Positions 1 to 12,114 of a stretch of DNA of 64,000 nt are shown in pieces. The notes under the pieces were generated by a model. That model did no database searches. It saw nothing but the letters and a program-made list of their open reading frames with translations, and had not been told where the DNA came from. The position numbers and the translations under genes were made by a program. This stretch comes from Podarcis gaigeae (Eukaryota), in NCBI GenBank assembly GCA_964106915.2, contig OZ066925.1; one strand, given 5' to 3'. The first letter of the stretch is position 1, and each line of letters starts with the position of its first letter.

Positions 1-263
1 TAGATGTGTGTTGAAAAGACCTCCTTTTAAGACCCATTTCATATAAGATATTTTCTAAACATCTACACTTAACTGAGCAAAAAACAAACAAATATGGGTG
101 CTCCCCATCCCAGCTTTGGGGGGTTCACAAGTATATAAATTACAGCTTCAAGACACAAAATATGAATGTGTTTCAGCAATAAGTGGTTTCATTTAATTTC
201 TTTTTAAGCATTTATACTCTGTCTACCAACCAAAGCTCTTGATGCAGCTTACATACAATAAAT

Positions 264-398
264 CAGGCACAGGAAAACTCGGCCCTCCAGATGTTTTGGG
301 ACTACAACTCCCATCATCCCTGACCACTGTCCTGTTAGCTAGGGATGATGGGAGTTATAGTCCCAAAACATCTGGAGGGCTGAGTTTGCCTATGCCTG
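264..398. mobile_element. Palindromic hAT-type MITE (CAGGCATAGGCAAACT family)
   Basis: Whole element is an inverted repeat: caggcacaggaaaactcggccctccagatgttttgggactacaactcccatcatccc ... gggatgatgggagttatagtcccaaaacatctggagggctgagtttgcctatgcctg. Flanks tacaataaat / tacaatat resemble a degenerate TSD. A sister copy at 16894 has a perfect 8-bp TSD. Confidence 0.8.
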
Positions 399-788
399 TA
401 CAATATATTTGAAAAAGAATAAAACAGGCAATAGGACAATCGTTAACAGCGTGGGGCAAAATTTGTATATGAAATTTCTTCCCCTAGTTCTCCAATGTTT
501 CAACAAGTGCCATTCTACAGCTGACTCTCCTGGCCGGGAATTGTGAAGCAATTGGCTATTAGGTGGCTGGTGCAGCTGTCTCTCACAGCCTCAGGCGATA
601 CTGATACTTGCTGATTCTGCCATTGCTGTCATTGTCTGGCAAATATTGAGGCCCACTTTTCACAAATAGCTGATTGGGTGGTAAAGCTGCTCTATAACCA
701 TCTAATGGGATTTTCTTCCAAGCAGACATGAACAGGATTGTACTGCCGATCTGTTTTTTGACAAAACTGTAAGTGGGATCTTTTATCA

Positions 789-1046
789 CAGGGGTAGGCG
801 ACCTAAGGCCCGTGGGCCGGATGCAGCCCAATTGCCTTCTCAATCTGGCCCACGGACAGTCCGGGAATCAGCGTGGTGTTTTTACATGAGTAGAATGTGT
901 GCTTTTATTTAAAATGCATCTCTGGGTTATTTGTAGGGCATAGGAATTCATTTATCCCCCCCCAAAAAAAACATAGTCCTGCCCCCCCCCACAAGGTCTG
1001 AGGGACGGTGGACCGGCCCAAGGCTGAAAAAGGTTGCTGACCCCTG
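789..1046. mobile_element. Non-autonomous hAT (Charlie-like) DNA transposon
   Basis: Termini caggggtaggcgacct / aggttgctgacccctg are inverted repeats, and tttatca is repeated on both flanks. Confidence 0.75.
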
Positions 1047-2519
1047 TTTATCAACTTTGCTCAATCCATGGCCCTCCTGATGGTGGGCTGCAAACTCCCA
1101 TCATCTCTGACTGCTAGCTGGAGCTGCTGGGAAATTGAATCTAAATCATCTGGAGAGTGTCAGAATGGGGAAGGCTAGCCTTATAGTATGATTGAATGTT
1201 CACGCTCCCAAAAAGGGACTTCACACTGAAAATAAGCATGCTCTGGAGAAGGCTGGGTCAAAGCACTTTGCCCTGACATTTGGTTGTCTACCCTTTAAAA
1301 ATAAACTCCAGTCTAATGAGCAAGAGTATCAGCAGGACTACAGCAAATATTTTCACTGTGTATAGGAAAACACACACCATTCATTCTCATTTATGCCCAA
1401 GCAGCATGTTGTGCTGATGCACAAATTCCTCTGACAGAGCTCCAGAGCATGACCATGTGTGCGTCTGCTTAATTCTTCAAACACAGACATTTTCCCTCTT
1501 GTACTAACAAAAAAGGCAGGTGGACATTACTACTTGTCAACATAATAGCAGACCATGTATATTCAGTATCTTAAACCATTTTAAGTATCTTATGGGAACA
1601 ATCCTAGCCCTCCGATGTCAATAGCTGGGGTGAAGGTTTGGATGACGTGTAGGCCCCTCTCCACTGGTGGAGAGCAGTGCCCCTGGTGTGTGACAGAGGC
1701 CACTCAAGCAGGCAGGGGAACTATCACCAGCACTCATTCCACCCACCAAAACTGGCACAGGGCTCTGAAACAGCACTTTCTGAAACAGGTACAGAGGAAG
1801 ATGTGAGGCTGAGTAGACAGTGGATTGGCATGGAAAGTGAAACTAAAACCAGGATTGTTGTTGGCGTCCATCTGTCTCAAGAGACAATGGAGTGTATCAA
1901 ACTTCTGTGACTTTCGCAGAGTGCAAGCCTGGGCGGCGTGTATAGAGGTCCTGGGCTGCCCAGATGAAAAGACTGATGTGCTCTCACTGATGTGGTCCAA
2001 AGGAAAGGAAAGCAACACATTTGGCACCAGCTTAGCTGCAGGAGTTGAAGAACAAGTAAAATCTGCAGCAGTCAGTTGTTGCATAGTCACTTTTAGACAA
2101 TGAGTTACTGTTAATCTACTGCCGTTTCTGGGATTGATTGAACAGGTGATGAGCTGGTCAGAGGTCTGCTGAATTCTCTGGTGGCCCACTGCCAGGTGAG
2201 GGGCACAGATTGCTTTGCCAGCCTAGAGCTGGTGCAGCAAAAAGAAAGGAAATGAGGAAGGAGTAGAACTACGCCCCCATACACACACTTTCCATCTTGT
2301 CTAGCGGAAGCCAGTAGGGCTTCAGATGCAGTGGTGCTCCACAGCTCCCACCACCCCAGGCAGGGTTAGTGTTGCTGCGTGTTGCTGCTACCCTCTACAC
2401 ACAATGGAACTTGCTTATAAGTAGACGTGCATAGCAGTGTACCATTAAAGTAGCTGCAAGTCCCAACATTCAATCCTGGGGACACATCAAGATTTGATTA
2501 ACTTACTTAGTATAAAGCA

Positions 2520-2692
2520 GCTTTCTGTGAATAAGCAAGACTTTTGGCCCATCTAGCTCACTGCTGTCTACACTGACTGGAAGCCACTCTCTAGGGTTTC
2601 AGGCGGGAGTATTACCCAGTTCTACTTGGAGGTCCCAGGGACTGAGCCTGGACCTCCTGCATGCAAAGCCAATGGCACTGAGCTGTTATCCC
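2520..2692 (-). mobile_element. Old tRNA-derived squamate SINE (multi-copy in window)
   Basis: cccatctagctca...ctacactgactgg...ggacctcctgcatgcaaagc recurs in degenerate form at about 17100-17260, 24175-24300, 29290-29460, 33070-33240, 46315-46470, 48240-48720 and 61735-62120. Confidence 0.55.
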
Positions 2693-4494
2693 AAAACCCA
2701 GGGCAAAAATCACCATGCAACTGAAAATTTCACTCAGCCTTTGCAGATGGATTTGTGCCTGCTTTTTTGTCTGCCAAGATCAGTTTTTAGAATCCAGTTT
2801 GCAAGCAATAAAATCAATGAAAGTGAAATTCCAAGCAAATTGCTTTGCTATTGGCAGGAGAGTTTACATAGTCTTCCATCCTCTGCAAAGGAAATCCCAT
2901 GTGACTCAGGATGATTTAATATAAACAGGGAATGGCTTTGATACATATGCTGCCATCCCTCATATTTTCAAAAATGTTTTAAAACAAACAACATTTGGAA
3001 GAAAGCATGCCCTAATGTATGATCCTTGTCTGGGCACAAAGAGATACAGGCTATCAGCTCTATATGCTTTCTGATTCCCTACTGCTTTGCTGTAGAGTAC
3101 ATTTTTACTTTTCACATTTGCACATCTACAAAACTTAATCTACAAAGCTTAATCGGCAAGGCTTCCAAGACATCTCAGCCCAAAATTTGATTTTGCTTAT
3201 CTCATTTTCTGTATGTTTGTATTTATTTATTTTCTATTAAACAATTCCAGCATGTGGCTTATCTGATTAGTTCTTTAAATGGTGCAGGTCCTTAGATTGA
3301 CTTATGTCTTCTTTTTAATGTTAAGAAAGATTTAACACCTGGAAAACTTATTTGGCCAACCACCTTTTCTTCATATGGAGCAGATGGAGGAGTCAAAGGC
3401 ATTCACACACCTCAGCCTGAAGTACAGGGGAAGGTAAAAATTCCACATGGAAATCCAGTTTATGTAGGTCTCACCCCCCGCCTTCCCAATTTCCATTTAT
3501 TTATTTAAAACATTTATATCCCACTCTTAAGTACTGTACGACACCATGAGTGCATTCTGATGTGGGGTTATTGTGTTCGTTTCCCTGGTTATAATGCTAG
3601 CGTTTCTGTGGCAGATTCTAATGCTCCTTTTACACTGCATTATCTGTTGTGTTATGGCACCATTGTACCTCTATGTCATGCTAAATTTAATTCACACCAG
3701 TGGCTGTGGTGTAACACAGCAGCAGACATCATTGCACATGTTGTGCTGTCCGAATGCAACCTAAATACATCACAGCAGATTAAGACAGCAATAAATTATG
3801 TAAAGGCCTGCGTAAATAAATGGGTCTTTAAGTGGTGCCTGAAACTCACAATGGTCCACTCCAGGCTTATTTGGAATGGGAGGAAATTCCACAAAAGGGA
3901 GGCTTATACTTCCATTTTTCTGGGGAAATGTTGCAGAAAGAGAAAGGAAATAAAGAGGCTGCCATCCTTCCTCTTGTGTAAAGACTCACAAGATTTCCAT
4001 CATCCACAACTAATTGCTGTAGCAGATTTAGTCTCCCTACTCACCCCTCTCTAATCACCATCTTCCCAGGAAGACCACTTAGGCATCATCAAAGGAAAAA
4101 TGTATCAGCAAAGAGAGGACAACTGGAGATACTTATTAGCATAGAATTTGCATATGCTAATTTCTATGTATAAATACAAATCTGGAAAAAATTACTATAT
4201 TTTAAATAGAAATATACCTGTGACAAGGGGCCCATCAGTACTATACTAAAAGCAGTTCCACACCACTTTAAATGGCCATGGCTTCCCCAGAGAACCTGGG
4301 GAACTGTGGTTTGTTAAAAGTGCTGACAGAGCCACAGTTCCAGAGTGGATTAACAATCAATCCCACTTCCCAGGAATTTCAAGCAGGCAAGAAATTCTGG
4401 TTTTTCATGCCACGACATTCTAAGATAAATAATAAAAAAGAAACAAAAACAGTCAAGGAACAGAAAACACACTGAAGAAATTATGCATAATTGT

Positions 4495-4628
4495 CAGGGC
4501 TTTTTTTTTTCATTCGGAACTCACTGGAACTCAGTTCCTGCACCTCTCAGATGGGCGCCATTGGCATTCTATGGGAACAAGGGAGGCGTTTGTGGTGAGT
4601 TCTGGCAGCCCTTTTTCTAGAAAAAATG
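4495..4628. mobile_element. Short DNA-transposon-derived MITE (CAGGGCTTTTTTT end)
   Basis: Homologous in reverse orientation to 54123-54223 (ggaactcac, tttttctagaaaaa and ggcgccattggcatt blocks). Confidence 0.6.
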
Positions 4629-4652
4629 TAATAGTAATAGTAATGGCACCAA

Positions 4653-4699
4653 AGGAAGGAAGGAAGGAAGGAAGGAAGGAAGGAAGGAAGGAAGGAAGG
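4653..4699. repeat. (GGAA)n microsatellite
   Basis: Direct reading; it produces the KEGR and PSFL repeats in the ORF track. Confidence 0.95.
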
Positions 4700-5762
4700 A
4701 CAAACTATTGTCACCCCAATCCTTACCCACTGCTTCAGAATGGTTATATACATTCTGGCACTCTTAAGTAGACATTCTGAGGTTTAGGGCTGAGGTGCCA
4801 GAGAGTTACAGAGAGTAGTAGGACTTGTTCCTGCCCACCCCATAGTACGGCCTGTCAGAAAAGACTAATAAAAAGAAGGGAGCATTTCACCATGACCTGT
4901 ATTCAGCCATGCAGAGCAAAGGAAAGGAAAGGAAAGGAAGTAACTGTTCTTTGAGTGAAGAGAAAAGGGTTGGGGGTTGGGGAAAAATGCAAGCCTTGTC
5001 ATCCATGGTTACTGCCTCCACATCAAGCAGTAAAAACAATACATCAGTTCCAACTGAAAGTATACGAGCTTAATAAATTACTGTTACTTTTTGGGGGGAG
5101 GGAGAATGATCAACAAAGGCACAAGTTGTAGGAAATGACAAACTCCAAAACAGTACACGCCACTGTTCTCCCGTTATTTTAATATATGTACTACAGTTTC
5201 TAAAAGGCTGAAATCTCAAGCATCCCTTTCATAACTTTTAAAAGAAAATGGCATGTGCTTCGGCAAGATAACATTGCCAAAAGGTGGGGGGAAATTGCAA
5301 ACTTGCCTGGCTCATAACAAAAACATATTTTTATATCAGCCTGACTGCTATAGGCAATTTATATTCCTGCAGATAAGAGTCAGTCATTGTGATGTACTAG
5401 GCAACTTTTTCCATAGCAACTTTTGTCAAACTGTATATCCTGATGTACCACCTGTGGTCTTCCACTTGAAGTGTTTTGAAACGATATAAATGCAAGAGCA
5501 CACAAGCTTCTAATTTTACTCAATTTATGGTCTTGGGGCTTTCTGTAAATGTATGCAGGTTCTTATAGTTTGGGACATATAAGTACATGACTAAATAGAA
5601 AGTAGCAAACAGGTTGAAAACAGAATGCCCATTTTACAGGATTCCCTCCCCGCCCCTGCCCCCCGTCTTGGAATAAATATAAAACATAGACCCGAGTCCT
5701 TTTTCAGATGTGCATTTTTTTTAACAAACTTTCAATTTTGGAGAGGGGAGGGTTCTGATTTC

Positions 5763-5931
5763 CAGTGGTGTAGCGTGGGGGGTGCAGGGGGGGCCGGCCG
5801 CACCGGCCGCAACATCTGGGGGTTAGGGTTAGGGTGCGCAAATCCACGGGTTAGGGGGCGCAAATCCATGGGTTAGGGGGCGCAAATTACTTGCCTTGCC
5901 CCGGGTGCTGACAACCCACGCTACGCCACTG
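5763..5931. mobile_element. hAT MITE with perfect 8-bp TSD and internal GGGTTAGGG repeats
   Basis: TIRs cagtggtgtagcgtggg / cccacgctacgccactg; TSD ctgatttc at 5755-5762 and 5932-5939. Confidence 0.9.
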
Positions 5932-8831
5932 CTGATTTCTGTTGCATAGAGGTTTGGACCCTCCCCCTTGCATTTTCTCATGAGAAACCTTCGCCAGTGG
6001 TGGTAGTGAAGGAGGCAGAGTGAAAAAAAGGACAGATCAATGGATATTGATTCTTATCTTTGTAGGATAGGCTGCACACCAGTCATACAAAAGTCAGAGA
6101 CATCTGCACTCACCCACATCCCTCCATCCGGGCAAGCAAGGGACATTATTACAATTCAAGGACACATTCCAGTCAGGCAAAATGACTGGTGTGGGGCACA
6201 GAGTAGGGTCCTGGGGTGTGGCCTAGGGAGAGCCAGACAGGCTTAGAGAGGCACATTACTCTCTGGACCTGAGATTCCCAACCCCTGCTCTAGAGAAAGC
6301 AGCGTGCAACATGCTATTGTTCATGACTAGCCTCGTGTGGCTAATAACCACATGAAATGGCCCCGGCAGAAGGTCATTCATTGGCTTCATAAAGGTGTGT
6401 CTGGAAGGTAAACCTATATCAACACTATGCATTGTTTATGGAGATGGACAGAGCGATCCTATACATGTCTACTCACACATCTGCATGTATAGGTTTCTCT
6501 GAATCCTGGAGCCCTGTGTGATCAAGGGAAGTCTACATGGGTAAGCTTCCCTGCCACCTGTGTTTAGTGCCCAACACAGGGCACAGAGCCCTGGCCAGAC
6601 AGACAGCATGTGTTTTACTGCACACAGTGTAGGTGGGATATTTAGAGAGGAGAAAGGCCAGGTAGAAATTTGATTAACACTTCCATTTTTCTCTAAGCCG
6701 ATTTCCCATTCAGCCAGACCCATACGAGATGTCCTATGCTTTGGGTCAGAAAGTAACAGGGAAACACTGGAGGGGGGGGTGTTGCAAGAGGGCTAAAGGC
6801 TAAACACATGAACACACACAGAGAGAGCAGGTTCTCCAAAAATCTTGGTTCTCTTACCCATATTTGCCACCAAACATTTAGATCAGGCTCTAATATTAAA
6901 GTTTTTATGCCTTTCAATGTTGTGGTTTTCTAACAGAGAATAGCTACACATACCTTGGCAACAAGAATATTATTCAGTAATAAAATACAACTGAAGCAAG
7001 TCCTATTATGACATATAATGGGTACTGAGAATCCCCTCCAAACATAGCTTTTATTTTTCATAACCTTAAACCATGAAAGCAATTGCTTAATTTAGTCAGT
7101 CTTTGGTAATGGTTGCTCATTAGGTCTACAGAAGCAGCATCAGAAGAAGAAGAAAAAAGAATTCATCTGTCAGCACTACTGTTAAATAGAAAATCACTTC
7201 TGCAATACCTAAAATACAATTTACTGTCAATACATTGCTGCAGACAATAAAGTGCCACGGCTAGCTGTATAGGCCTCACAAAGCAAATTAACAGGTAAAA
7301 GGAAAATGAGGAATATGAAAACCTCCTTCCTCATGAAGACTAATCTGTGCAATAAAAATGCTTCGTGATGGAGAAGGCTATCAGTGACTACTATTGCTCT
7401 ACCTACACAGCTGGAGGTAGCAAGTCTCCCAAACACCAGTTACTAGGAGCCATGGGAAGGGAGAGTTACTCTTGTGCTGTTTCCCACAGACATCTGGTTG
7501 GCCACTGTGAGAACAGGATACTGGATTAGATGGGCCATTGACCAGCAGGCTATTCTTATGTTTGTATGCTTCAGCTGACCAGAAAACCCCACTCAAGTCC
7601 CCCTAACTTTTCCAATAAACATGGGCATATAACCATGTAGTATAAAGACAAGAGCTTAATTCTCAGTTGGGGTGCAGCTTCCAACGAGGAGAAACCATGT
7701 TATTTTGCCCTTATATTTCTGTGGATTCTAAACTGCTGGCACATTAGCAGTTTCTGCTTCCGGACCCAACAGTCTTCGGATTGAATGACACAGCAGGAGC
7801 TCACCATGGCATTATTACCATCTCCCTTTTACTTCCAAAATCCCTATCACGATCAGAGACCTACCCCAGCCTCTGCTTTCCTCCAGCAAGTGTATCTATC
7901 CTCACACTCCACTTCCCATACCAGAAATACTTCTGCACCAATTCTATTAGCTGTCTTCCCGAGCCTGATAATATATGAAAAACTAAGGGAGTTTCTCATA
8001 AGGGAGTTTCTGAGAACAGTGCACTGTGTCTGAACAATGAGATATATTACGTTTGCCATGGAAATCCCAACAATGGCAACGTTTGGGGGAAAACAGTAAG
8101 AATCCCACCCCACTAAAACCTTTTAAGCTAATAAAACCACCATTGTAAAAATTTCCACACCCCCCAAAAAATACTTTTCTTCACCTAAGCATGAGCAAGG
8201 GATGAATTCTTACATAGTCTTACTCAATTTTGGACTATTCTTTTCTTCAAGATGACCCAATTCGCCTATTCCACTATATCAAAGAGGTTTACAACTTGGT
8301 CATAAAACCATCAAATTACCCATCAGTGGAATATCAAATAATTCCACTCTAGGTCTCAGAAGAGCCAGGCATTCTCAGCTATCCAGATGTAGCCGCTCTT
8401 ATATTGCTCTTCTCTTCTCCGTGGTGCAACAGTGCTGAGGGCTGACTCCACACTTCTGCACAGGCTACCCCCATCTTAACCATTTCAGATTCCAATATTC
8501 CCTCTGGAGAAACAACTTCAGATATATTTATGTTTCAAAACTATGAAGTTGCCAAATATTTTGAGCCCTCTACAATAAACCAAACCTGGTGCCTTTCTGA
8601 TATCTTTCAAAGGATTTGGGATTGTGCAACTTTGGAGTAGCTTTCTATCACCCCTTGCATTACATGTGTGCCTTTTTAACAAGGCCTTTGGTTGATCTTA
8701 TTGACATCCAAACCCTTTTTGAATGTTGCATTTTTGGGAGGGGGGCGTTTATTGCTTTTGGTTTGATTTTCTATGTTGTGGTCTTGTGGAGAACTGCCCT
8801 GAGACCTCCGGGTATAGGGTGGTGCATTAGT

Positions 8832-8868
8832 TGAATGAATGAATGAATGAATGAATGAATGAATGAAT
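8832..8868. repeat. (TGAA)n microsatellite, tail of an L2-like 3' end (about 8700-8868)
   Basis: Direct reading; preceded by tgtggagaactgccctgagacctccgggtatagggtggtg, a typical L2-type terminal stem. Confidence 0.75.
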
Positions 8869-8886
8869 AAAATAATAATAATATTG

Positions 8887-9196
8887 AAGTGCCGGATTTT
8901 CATATAAGCTAAACAAGCTATAGCTTAGGGCCCCACTCTCTTAGGGGCCCCAACAAAATTTAAAGGGGTAAAAATTGGATGTACATTTCCAAAGTATAAG
9001 ATAAAAAACAAATAAAATGGCTTTAAGTAAAGGTAAAGGTACCCCTGCCCGTACGGGCCTATTAAGTCCATAAATTACCATATTGCACAACACAAAAAAC
9101 AGTGACAATTTGTTGTTGACAAAGGACAGCTGGACATCTAAAGGACACCATTACCTTCAGTAGCTTAGGACCTCATCAAACCTAAATCCAGCCCTG
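8887..9196. mobile_element. Non-autonomous hAT-like element containing a Sauria SINE tail fragment (9027-9059)
   Basis: Imperfect TIRs agtgccggattt / aaatccagccctg. Internal gtaaaggtaaaggtacccctg is the reverse complement of the Sauria SINE (ACCTTT)n end. Confidence 0.6.
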
Positions 9197-11977
9197 GTTC
9201 TAATGCTCCTTTTTGGAAGAGGTATGGCCTGTGTTGAGATGTATAAAAGGCAAAATGGATGTTCGCATTTATAGTGAAAGCTGATGCAGCAGTAAGTCCC
9301 TCTGTGCTCAGAGGAGCTGACTTGCTTGTAAGTGTTTAGAATTGCAGCCTAAAAAGAACATTCAAAATTTACAGACGAAGCTTGATAGCAACTTTATCAC
9401 TGCAGCTGAAAGGCTGGAGACAAGGGAAGCTTTTAAAGGGGAAAAAAATCCAGCTGCATAATGATACTTCATTAAGCCAATTGCAATTTATGAAGTTACT
9501 GTGTGTGCGCATGCAGACTTCCCTTCAGATATTATTATATTTATTATATAATATATAATATTATATTTCAATTCCCATCAGCCCCAGGCAGAATGGCCAA
9601 TAGTTAGAGGTGATGGGAGTTGAATTTTAGTAACATTAAGAAGGCAGGGTTGAAAGCGTGGAGTTGTGGGAAGGCTCTCCAAATCTCACTACCTCTCAGC
9701 TCAAGAATTACTATTTACATGTTTAGTCAACTGTATTTTTTAACATTTAATATATGCTTTTAGTGAAAATGCAAGAGCGTTTGGTGCAAGAAAACCCCCC
9801 AGAATCCTCTTTAAGTGGATTCCCCCAAATTAGTACAATTTGTTAATTGCTTCATTCTTTAAATAATTTATTAGCTTTCAAAACTGCTGTCACTTCCCTG
9901 GTTGGACCTGCCTGATTTGAAGTGGTTTTTACATTAGGCTGCTGATGCGGCTGGATGGTTGAGATAATTGCTGTCAGAAGTCCACATTCTTGTTTTAACA
10001 AGCATCTACATGCAAAACTGTGTGTTTAAAATCATGTTAGGCAGGCAACATTAGCACCATTAGCATTAAAGCCTGTTGTCAAGCAGTGCACTCCCTTGAA
10101 AGAACTTTGGAAACAGATCTAATAATTATTTTCCCCAAATTCACTGTGTAGCTCTACCAGCGAAAAGACACAGTCTCTTAGCAAACTAGCTTTTCAGAAG
10201 GTGCATTAAATATATATAGTTTTCGGAAATCTTATCACACAAAGACAAAGGACATATTTTCCATCATAAATATGCCACAAAAATATTTGTATTTAAGAAC
10301 ACAGGAAGATGCCCCACACTAGATCAGACTATTTGTCCAATTTATTGAAAAGTTGAAAGATCCAGCCAATTTCCTCTTGCTGCCCAGTAGGCTCAGAACT
10401 CTGTTCTGACATGATGTATGAGAACGCCCTTTGCAATTTTACTACAGTTCCTCATACAGCCAAGAAATGGTGTAGCAGCTGAAGGAGTGCTTTAACTCTT
10501 CAGCTGCTGGAGGTTAGTTGAATAAATAGCTCAAAACAAATCCAGTGATCCTTCTTGATTGGATTGGGACATTAAGCAGAGATTGACATTTGTGCAACTG
10601 GCAATTTAGTTTTTAAAATGTTGTCCACATATTTCCTAGCCACCACTCTTTTTGAAGCATCTCCTCTTTTACTGCGCTACCTAGTTTTCTTTTCCTAGTT
10701 TTCCCTCCCTCCCTCCCTCGTACATTTACTTTTGAAAACAGAATCAACACGAACCTTCACAAAAAAAAAGATAAACAGTGATTTTTGCCAGCATACAAAA
10801 CCCAGGCAGAGATTTGAGTGTACCGAGGGACAGATGATGATGGGTGCTAAGCAAACTTGCCTGGAACTGTTCAAGTGTGCTTTGTTCTGACTAAGTCCAG
10901 CAACATTTGACAGCAAGAAGCAGGCTGAATGAAATAAAAAGCCAAGGATTAAAATGGAAAGAATTATAAACTTAGAACAGAAAAAGAGACTGAGACTGTC
11001 ACAGAAGTGATGTCCTGATAATGAAATTCGGAACTACAGCACTGTGCTACTTATATATCTAGATCATCTTTACAAAAGTTATTAATATGGCTGGGATTCA
11101 AAGAGAACATTAGTATGTCTAAAGCACTTCTGAGATGAAAATTTTGTCAATTTCCCTTCCTGTCTGCTGCTGCCTGTTATTCTGTCTAGCAGGTTGCAGT
11201 AGACCACTGATTTTCAACTGGTGGATCACGGTCTGATCCAAGGTGGGTCACACAACAGATTTGCCAGTGAAGCTTGTCAATTCTAACATTAGAGGAATGC
11301 ACAGAATTGTGCTGAAACTCAAATTTCCTAAATATTAAGGACTAGCCAACAGGATCTGCACTGCTCTTTCACCTATAGCTACGTAGTACATTGTTGACAC
11401 TGTTTTGTTCACCCTTTCATACTTTGGTTTCCCCCACTTTCCTAAGACTTTACAGTTGCTATCTCATTTTATTACATGAGTTCTTTCCCTGTACGTATCC
11501 CATGATGGACCATGTCTTGTTAAAATTTGATGGACCACATATGTTGATGGAAACGACTTGGGTTTTTGCTAGGTCGGCAGAAAGAATTATTAACTTAAAA
11601 CTCAACTCCATTCCCACCATCTAGCACATACTAAAGAACTGTAGAAGACACATAGGGCTGGCTCAATTTGTTTTGCCGCTTGCCGTCAAAAGCAAGATGC
11701 CACCCAGACTCATTCCATCTACTGAAGCCAACCAGACTGGCAACTTCAGCACTGGCAGCAGGACAGCGTCCTCCACAGCACCAGAAGACATTAAGCAGGA
11801 CAGGCCACATGGACGCAGAACTCTGTCCTCTTATGACCTTGTTGCTGCCTTCAGAATAGCACAAATCCAAGGATAATTAGTACTGCTCATGCAGGGGGGA
11901 AACCAATAAGGGAGACAGCTCTTGGATCACAAATGCATAACGCTGTATACAAGTAAGTCTCAAACGATCCCTCAGTT

Positions 11978-12114
11978 CAGGGGTAGCCAATGTGGCACCC
12001 TCCAGACGTTGTTGGACTAAAGGCTCCCATCATTTCTCATCATTGGCCAAGCTGGCTGGGGCTGATGGGGGTTGTAGGCCAACATCATCTGGAGGGTGCC
12101 ATGTTGGCTACCTT
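11978..12114. mobile_element. Palindromic hAT-type MITE
   Basis: ggtagccaatgtggcaccctccaga ... tctggagggtgccatgttggctacc inverted ends, with the same ctcccatc/gatggg core as 264-398. Confidence 0.75.

Noticed and set aside
1615-2189. Cluster of overlapping ORFs up to 151 aa
   Set aside because: No recognisable domain or splice-site pair. It may be a very old antisense L2 fragment, but the similarity is too weak to call.
3560-4054. 164-aa ORF
   Set aside because: Overlaps decayed antisense L2-like sequence; composition is not protein-like.
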